Shown here in pieces: positions 58,652 to 64,000 of a stretch of DNA of 64,000 nt (its first letter is position 1; each line of letters begins with the position of its first letter). The notes beneath the pieces are model-generated. The model saw only the letters and a list, made by a program, of their open reading frames with translations. It did not search any database and had not been told where the DNA came from. Position numbers and translations under genes: made by a program. Source of the DNA: Bacilli bacterium. GTDB lineage: Bacteria; Bacillota_I; Bacilli_A; RFN20; CAG-826. The stretch is from the NCBI GenBank assembly GCA_024408505.1, contig JAKSUZ010000001.1:206-64205 (forward strand). Reading direction: 5' to 3'.

Positions 58652-60442
58652 TTAATTATCATCGGCTCGTAAGGTATCAGCGATGATTCTAGCTTTCTCT
58701 TCCTCGCTTTTACCTTCGGTAGCTCTTGTGATTTTCTCTTGCTTATGAATTTTCTTTTTCTCCTTATCTATTTCACGCTTACATCCCGCTAGTAATTTTT
58801 CTGAATAAGCTAGATGCATGCCTTTTTCCTCTAAGAGTTTAGTAATTTCATTTTTAACAATTTCCTTATTAGGAGCGTTCTTCATTTCGATCTCGGTAAA
58901 TAAATCTCCAATGTTAAGTCCGGAATGTTGAATCGTATATTCCATAAGATAATTTGCGATATCGCGATATAATTCGGTATAAAAATATTCAATATTTTTC
59001 TCATAGAACTTAATCGCGTCTTCGTGTCTTAACATATGATATAAGATTTCACGTTCATTCTTTTCTAGATGGCGTAACTCTTCTTTGATTGGTTTAAAAG
59101 TGAATCTTTTATTAGTGATATTACTATCATCAGCGATATCAACTTTTTTATGTGAACGTGCGGCGGCTAATGCATTTTTAATTGCATTTACTGAGAAATG
59201 TGTAACATCCGCAAGTTTATATAAGTAATCATCTAACTCTAGTTGGGAAGTTGTAGCTAATAGTAACGGAATAAAACGCGTCACTAGTGCTTTTCTATCT
59301 TCAACTGTATCTAATGGTTTAGAGTTCTTATAGAAATTAATAACGAAATCAAATGGTGTTAATAAATTATTAAGGTATTTTCTTAAAGCGTCAGCGCCTT
59401 GTTCGTTAAGAATCTCATCCGGGTCACGAGTATCGTTTAAATTATTAACGATGCGAACCTGAATATTATTATTTAATAATAAAGGTAATATACGCATACT
59501 GGCTTCTTGCCCAGGAAGATCACCATCAAGACATAGTCTTACTTCAACATTTAATTTTCTTAATGTTTGAATATGATCTTTACTTAAAGCGGTGCCCATT
59601 AAGGCAATACAGTTATTTATACCAACCTTGTTAAGCGCAATTACATCCATAAATCCTTCGAGAAGATATATCGCTTGGTCATTCTTCGCAAAATCACGCG
59701 CTTGATAAAAGTTATATAAAACTTTACCTTTGGTAAATAATTTTGTTTCGGGCGAATTTACGTATTTTGGTCCATCACCATCAGTTAAATGACGAGCAGA
59801 GAACCCTACTACTTGTCCTTGATTATCAAGTAAGGCAAAAGTAATACGTCCTTGATTGTTATCATGTGTCCTATCTCCGATATTAGTGGTAATACCAATA
59901 TCTTCCATCGCTTTTAAAGAATGACCTTTACTTTGTAAAAACTTAATGGTTTTCGTTCCGTCTTTAATTGAATAACCGATGTGGAATTTTTTAATGATAT
60001 CTGGTGTAATATTTCGCTTTGCTAAATATTCGCTTGCTTCTTTACCCTCTTCGCTAGTTAATGAATATTCATAGAATAAATTTAAATCATCAATGCATTT
60101 AATAAGAGGCAGTAAATCATCATCGACTTTCTTAGTATAAGTTTTCTCGTGTAAACGAGGATCATCAAAACCAATAATCTCCGCTACTTTCTTAACCGCT
60201 TCAATAAAGGTGACGTGTTCATATTGCATCACAAAACTAATAGCGTTACCGCTATGTCCATCAACCCAGCAATGGAATGTATTACGTTCAGGATTAACTT
60301 GAAGACTAGGATTTGAATCATCATGAAAAGGACAAAGCGCCATATAGTTACGTCCTTTCTTAACTAAGTTAAGATACGAACCTACTACGGTTACAATGTC
60401 AGCTTTTTTGCTTATTTCGTCAATCAATGACTTATCGATCAT
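58652..60442 (-). CDS. dnaG: DNA primase
   Basis: Zinc ribbon CPFHDDSNPSLQV...FHCW..GHSGNAISF, TOPRIM (EGFMDVIAL...DGDLPGQEA). 596 aa. Directly upstream of sigA. Confidence 0.92.
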   Translation of the reverse strand: MIDKSLIDEISKKADIVTVVGSYLNLVKKGRNYMALCPFHDDSNPSLQVNPERNTFHCWVDGHSGNAISFVMQYEHVTFIEAVKKVAEIIGFDDPRLHEKTYTKKVDDDLLPLIKCIDDLNLFYEYSLTSEEGKEASEYLAKRNITPDIIKKFHIGYSIKDGTKTIKFLQSKGHSLKAMEDIGITTNIGDRTHDNNQGRITFALLDNQGQVVGFSARHLTDGDGPKYVNSPETKLFTKGKVLYNFYQARDFAKNDQAIYLLEGFMDVIALNKVGINNCIALMGTALSKDHIQTLRKLNVEVRLCLDGDLPGQEASMRILPLLLNNNIQVRIVNNLNDTRDPDEILNEQGADALRKYLNNLLTPFDFVINFYKNSKPLDTVEDRKALVTRFIPLLLATTSQLELDDYLYKLADVTHFSVNAIKNALAAARSHKKVDIADDSNITNKRFTFKPIKEELRHLEKNEREILYHMLRHEDAIKFYEKNIEYFYTELYRDIANYLMEYTIQHSGLNIGDLFTEIEMKNAPNKEIVKNEITKLLEEKGMHLAYSEKLLAGCKREIDKEKKKIHKQEKITRATEGKSEEEKARIIADTLRADDN

Positions 60443-60463
60443 AGTCCTACCTTAATCTAAATA

Positions 60464-61840
60464 TTAGAACTTAGTGTGTTCTAAAATATACGCACTCACG
60501 TCTTTTATCTTTAAACGCACTTGTTTCATCGAGTCGCGTTCGCGAATAGTAACTGTATCATCTTTCTCAGTATCAAAGTCGATTGTTATACAGTATGGAG
60601 TTCCAATTGCATCTTCACGACGATATCTTTTACCAATGCTACCAGTATCATCATAGATGGCGACTACGCTTTTGCTTACTAATTCAAAAACCTTCTTTGC
60701 TTTATCACCTAATTGTTTGCTTAAAGGAAGAATCGCAACTTTATAAGGAGCTAACGCTGGTTTAATATGCATCACGATACGAGTATCGTTTTCAAGTTTC
60801 TCTTCATCATAAGCATCCATCATAATCATTAACATCAAACGATCAACACCCATGGAAGGTTCGATACAATATGGAACATATTTTTCATTGGTTTCAGGAT
60901 CAAGATATTCTAATGATTCTTTAGAATGCTCCATGTGACGTTTTAAATCATAATCAGTACGATCAGCGATACCAAGGAGTTCGCCCCAACCTAAATCTGG
61001 GAAATTATATTCAATATCGGTAGTCGCTTTGGAATAAAATGCTAACTCAGCTTTATCGTGGTCGCGATAACGAAGATTCTTTTCATTAATATTTAAACTT
61101 TTAATAAACTTAAGACATTCGTCTTTCCAGTACTTGAACCATTCTAAGTCAGTTCCCGGTTTACAGAAGAATTCCATTTCAAGTTGTTCAAATTCACGAG
61201 TTCTGAAGGTAAAGTTTCCCGGAGTAATTTCATTACGGAAGCTTTTGCCCATATTACAAATACCAAATGGTATTTTCTTTCTAGAACTTCTTTGAACGTT
61301 TTTAAAATTAACGAACACGCCTTGTGCGGTTTCAGGGCGAAGATATACTTCGCTACTAGAGTCGGTAGTTACACCAATGTGTGATTTAAACATCATGTTA
61401 AATTGGCGAACTTCGGTAAAAGTACCAACTTTGCCACACACTGGACATTTAACTTTATTTTCTTTAATGAATTTATTCATGTCATCAAATGACATCTTAT
61501 TAGTATCAACGTCTGGGAATTGACTTTTAATTAATTCGTCCGCTCGATGGCGTGCTTTACAAGATTTGCAATCAATCAAGGGATCGTTAAAAGTAGTAAG
61601 ATGCCCCGTTGCTTCCCACACTTTCTTATTCATAAGAATAGCGGAATCAATCCCAACATTATAAGGAGATTGATGGACAAAATACTTCCACCAATACTGT
61701 TTAATGTTATTTTTAAGTTCCGCACCTAAAGGACCGTAGTCCCAAGTGTTAGAAAGACCCCCATATATTTGGGAGTTTGGATACACATAACCACTTGTGG
61801 TTAAATGAGTAACAATTTTGCTAAATTTGTTTTCAGTCAT
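60464..61840 (-). CDS. glyQS: Glycyl-tRNA synthetase (class II, single-chain dimeric type)
   Basis: 458 aa. N-terminus ...[23 protein letters not shown]... Class II motifs [19 protein letters not shown] and GVDRL. C-terminal anticodon-binding domain. Confidence 0.9.
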   Translation of the reverse strand: MTENKFSKIVTHLTTSGYVYPNSQIYGGLSNTWDYGPLGAELKNNIKQYWWKYFVHQSPYNVGIDSAILMNKKVWEATGHLTTFNDPLIDCKSCKARHRADELIKSQFPDVDTNKMSFDDMNKFIKENKVKCPVCGKVGTFTEVRQFNMMFKSHIGVTTDSSSEVYLRPETAQGVFVNFKNVQRSSRKKIPFGICNMGKSFRNEITPGNFTFRTREFEQLEMEFFCKPGTDLEWFKYWKDECLKFIKSLNINEKNLRYRDHDKAELAFYSKATTDIEYNFPDLGWGELLGIADRTDYDLKRHMEHSKESLEYLDPETNEKYVPYCIEPSMGVDRLMLMIMMDAYDEEKLENDTRIVMHIKPALAPYKVAILPLSKQLGDKAKKVFELVSKSVVAIYDDTGSIGKRYRREDAIGTPYCITIDFDTEKDDTVTIRERDSMKQVRLKIKDVSAYILEHTKF

Positions 61841-61905
61841 AATTTTTTAACCTCAATATTACAACATTTGCTATGATTCTTGTCAACCAATTATAAGTGT
61901 ACTAT

Positions 61906-62622
61906 TTACTTTTTGATTAGATTTTCGCTTTTAAAGCGAAGTCCGGTTTGATCGTATGTATAAATAAGAAGATCTTCAAGAATTTCATAAATATCTCGCT
62001 TAAGAAAATTAATTTTGCCTAAATCATCAGGTTTTACTTTAAAAATACACCTTAAAATATTAATTTTATCTGGACTATATAGTTTATGGCGAGAACTTCG
62101 ATAAGCTTTTCTACTAACTAGCCCACCATCAACATACGACACTCCAACAATATCGGTTTTACTATTAGTAAGGACACAACTATCAACATTTAGTCCGAAT
62201 CCCAATAATCTTAAACTGGTTGCTAAGTAAGTTAGCGTTAAAATAGCAACATGTTTTTCTTCTTGTATTAGTTCAAGAGTTTTAACTAAATAAGGAAAAA
62301 TCTTTGGCATCTCATCTTCTGGGAAAAGTCTTATAGTAACTTCGTTAAGAAAATCGATTGCTGCTAATTTAGCATAATTATTCATATAGCTACGCGTATC
62401 AAGAATTGGAGACATTTCTTTAAAGGTCAAGGTTGATTTCTTGTTATCAGAAAAAGTAAAATCCCCGTACATCAAAGGTGTGGTTAATAAAATATTCTTA
62501 TCATCAACCTTATAAATATTACGAGCGTGAAAACTGAGTAATTGATCTTTAGTCAAAAGATTAATCATCGCCCCGCTCTCTTTATATGGAGTAACGCGTA
62601 CAATCACACCTTTAATATTCAT
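61906..62622 (-). CDS. recO: DNA repair protein RecO
   Basis: 238 aa. N-terminal OB fold (GVIVRVTPYKESGAMINLLT). Position between era and glyQS as in Bacillus. Sequence similarity is only moderate. Confidence 0.65.
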   Translation of the reverse strand: MNIKGVIVRVTPYKESGAMINLLTKDQLLSFHARNIYKVDDKNILLTTPLMYGDFTFSDNKKSTLTFKEMSPILDTRSYMNNYAKLAAIDFLNEVTIRLFPEDEMPKIFPYLVKTLELIQEEKHVAILTLTYLATSLRLLGFGLNVDSCVLTNSKTDIVGVSYVDGGLVSRKAYRSSRHKLYSPDKINILRCIFKVKPDDLGKINFLKRDIYEILEDLLIYTYDQTGLRFKSENLIKK

Positions 62623-63479
62623 TAATATCCTAATTCCTTTAAATCCTTAGTGGAATTTAACCAATCTTTTTTAACTTTAATATTTAATTCGATAAAAATG
62701 CGTTTCTTAAAATATTTTTCTAATTCTTCGCGTGCTTTCATTCCAATCTTTTTAATCATCTGACCGTTTTTACCAATCACAATACCTTTATGCGAATCTT
62801 TGCTAACAATAATATTTGCGTCAATAAGCATACTTTCTTTTTTATGCTTTATATCATTAATATAAATAGCGATGTTATGAGGAACTTCTTCATTTAAAAG
62901 AAATAAAACTTTTTCTCTAATTATTTCCTTTGTATAAAACACATCATCTTTTAATACACTTGCATCTGGATAATACTTCGGGCCTTCTGGTAGGCGTTTA
63001 ATAATATTGTTAAGCAATTCTTCTTTATTAAAACCATCTTTAGCGCACATCTCAATTAATTGAGCTTTGGGAAACAACGCATGAAGTTTATCTTTTGCTT
63101 CATTAACTTCGGGAAGACGAATTAAATCAATTTTGTTTAAGACTACTATATCAATCTTTCTTTTTAGAAAAGAAGTTAGTGTTTTTTCATCAATTTGATC
63201 ACGCGGTGAAATGATTAAAACCACAACATCCGAATCACTAACAGCTTCATTAACTTTCTTATTCATGCTTTTACCTAATGCGGTTTTAGCATTATGAAGT
63301 CCAGGTGTATCTTCGATAACTATCTGATAATCTTTATCGTCAATTAAAGAAAGAATATTATTTCTTGTTGTTTGTGCTTTGGGAGTTACTATACTAACTT
63401 TCTTATTTACTAGTAGGTTGAGTATTGTAGACTTACCAACGTTTGGTTTACCAATTAGACTAACAAATCCAGACTTCAT
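62622..63479 (-). CDS. era: GTPase Era
   Basis: GFVSLIGKPNVGKSTILN, DTPG, NKID G-motifs. C-terminal KH domain (VIGKNGQMIKKIG). ATGA overlap with recO. Confidence 0.93.
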   Translation of the reverse strand: MKSGFVSLIGKPNVGKSTILNLLVNKKVSIVTPKAQTTRNNILSLIDDKDYQIVIEDTPGLHNAKTALGKSMNKKVNEAVSDSDVVVLIISPRDQIDEKTLTSFLKRKIDIVVLNKIDLIRLPEVNEAKDKLHALFPKAQLIEMCAKDGFNKEELLNNIIKRLPEGPKYYPDASVLKDDVFYTKEIIREKVLFLLNEEVPHNIAIYINDIKHKKESMLIDANIIVSKDSHKGIVIGKNGQMIKKIGMKAREELEKYFKKRIFIELNIKVKKDWLNSTKDLKELGY

Positions 63480-63886
63480 TTTAATTGTTTAAACATTGAA
63501 GAAAATCCTAAAGGTAATAGTTTACCTATAGTAGTTTCTTTTATCTTTCCTTTAAAGTTACCTAAATAAACCGGCATATCTTCATTAAGCATTTCTGACA
63601 TAACTTGGCGACATTCGCCACAAGGAGTTACTGGATCTGGTAAATCAGCAATAACTGCCATGGCGACAAAATCGTTCTTTTTTGCACCGCTCATATAAGC
63701 ATGAACAATCGCCACTCGCTCCGCACATAATGCAGATGAATAAGCAACATTTTCAATGTTCGTACCTAGATATATTTTGCCTTTTTTAGTTAAAAGCGCG
63801 GCTCCAACTTTAAATTTAGAATAAGGGCTATGAGAAAGCGTAGATGCAATCTTTGCGTGTTTCATTAGTTCTTTTTTGTTTATCAT
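63476..63886 (-). CDS. cdd: Cytidine deaminase
   Basis: CAERVAI...PCGECRQ zinc-binding motifs. 136 aa. Confidence 0.9.
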   Translation of the reverse strand: MINKKELMKHAKIASTLSHSPYSKFKVGAALLTKKGKIYLGTNIENVAYSSALCAERVAIVHAYMSGAKKNDFVAMAVIADLPDPVTPCGECRQVMSEMLNEDMPVYLGNFKGKIKETTIGKLLPLGFSSMFKQLK

Positions 63887-64000
63887 AATTTTTCTCCTTT
63901 TAAAATTTTATCTTCTAATGTAAACATTATCCTTTTTTCTTTCTCACTATGAACGTGGTCATATCCTAATAGATGTAATAAACCATGTAGATATAAGTAT
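63883..64000 (-). CDS. ybeY: Endoribonuclease YbeY (C-terminal fragment; gene continues beyond the window)
   Basis: Minus-strand translation ends ...HGLLHLLGYDHVHSEKEKRIMFTLEDKILKGEKL*, which is the YbeY H...H...H zinc motif. TGA overlaps the cdd ATG. Confidence 0.8.
   Translation of the reverse strand, partial: YLYLHGLLHLLGYDHVHSEKEKRIMFTLEDKILKGEKL

Noticed and set aside
58086-58655. 189-aa Ser-rich ORF on the plus strand
   Set aside because: It is the antisense of the acidic/lysine-rich N-terminal region of sigA. Its low-complexity Ser/Phe composition is the mirror image of the GAA/AAG-rich coding strand, and it has no SD.

Overview
This 64-kb window is a chromosomal backbone segment from a low-GC (about one-third G+C) Firmicutes/Mollicutes-like bacterium. 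It uses the standard genetic code: UGA ends rplU and several other genes and never occurs inside a long ORF. Almost every gene is a conserved housekeeping gene, densely packed, often with 1-4 nt start/stop overlaps. The order is strongly syntenic with Bacillus: pnp; tRNA-Asp/tRNA-Phe; typA; the rplU-prp-rpmA operon; obg; nadE; ruvAB; secDF; recJ-relA-hisS-aspS; tkt-asp23-nusB-xseAB-dxs; dinB-xerD-deoB; cobB; then on the minus strand yqeG-yqeH-yhbY-nadD/yqeK-rsfS, parE-parC, yneF, efp and rpmG; then a BMP-family nucleoside ABC transporter with deoD; ispG, nfo, a DEAD-box helicase and ispH; and on the minus strand ybeY-cdd-era-recO-glyQS-dnaG-sigA-trmK-nif3. Several features suggest an Acholeplasma-like lineage rather than Mycoplasma (inference only): dxs/ispG/ispH (the MEP pathway, which makes isoprenoid precursors) are present; secDF and nadD-yqeK are each fused into one ORF; a BMP nucleoside transporter is present; and UGA is a stop codon. 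No CRISPR array, IS element, prophage or rRNA was seen. The least ordinary region is 8413-8930, an intergenic island between typA and a radC-like gene. It contains a promoter-like element, GC-rich hairpins, mini-ORFs, and a strongly RBS-driven 58-aa membrane peptide whose N-terminus resembles a double-glycine leader and whose stop overlaps the radC-like start. Other items worth a second look: a 520-bp gene-free convergent spacer with odd composition (34703-35222); a Cys/His-rich repeat tail on HisRS; a lysine/alanine-rich N-terminal extension on SigA; a GlpA-like/oxidoreductase/DUF1667 three-gene operon; two tandem translationally coupled 2-TM proteins after pnp; a recurring GGGGC-N-GCCCC hairpin; and a tRNA-Phe that appears to have a swapped T-loop 54/58 pair.
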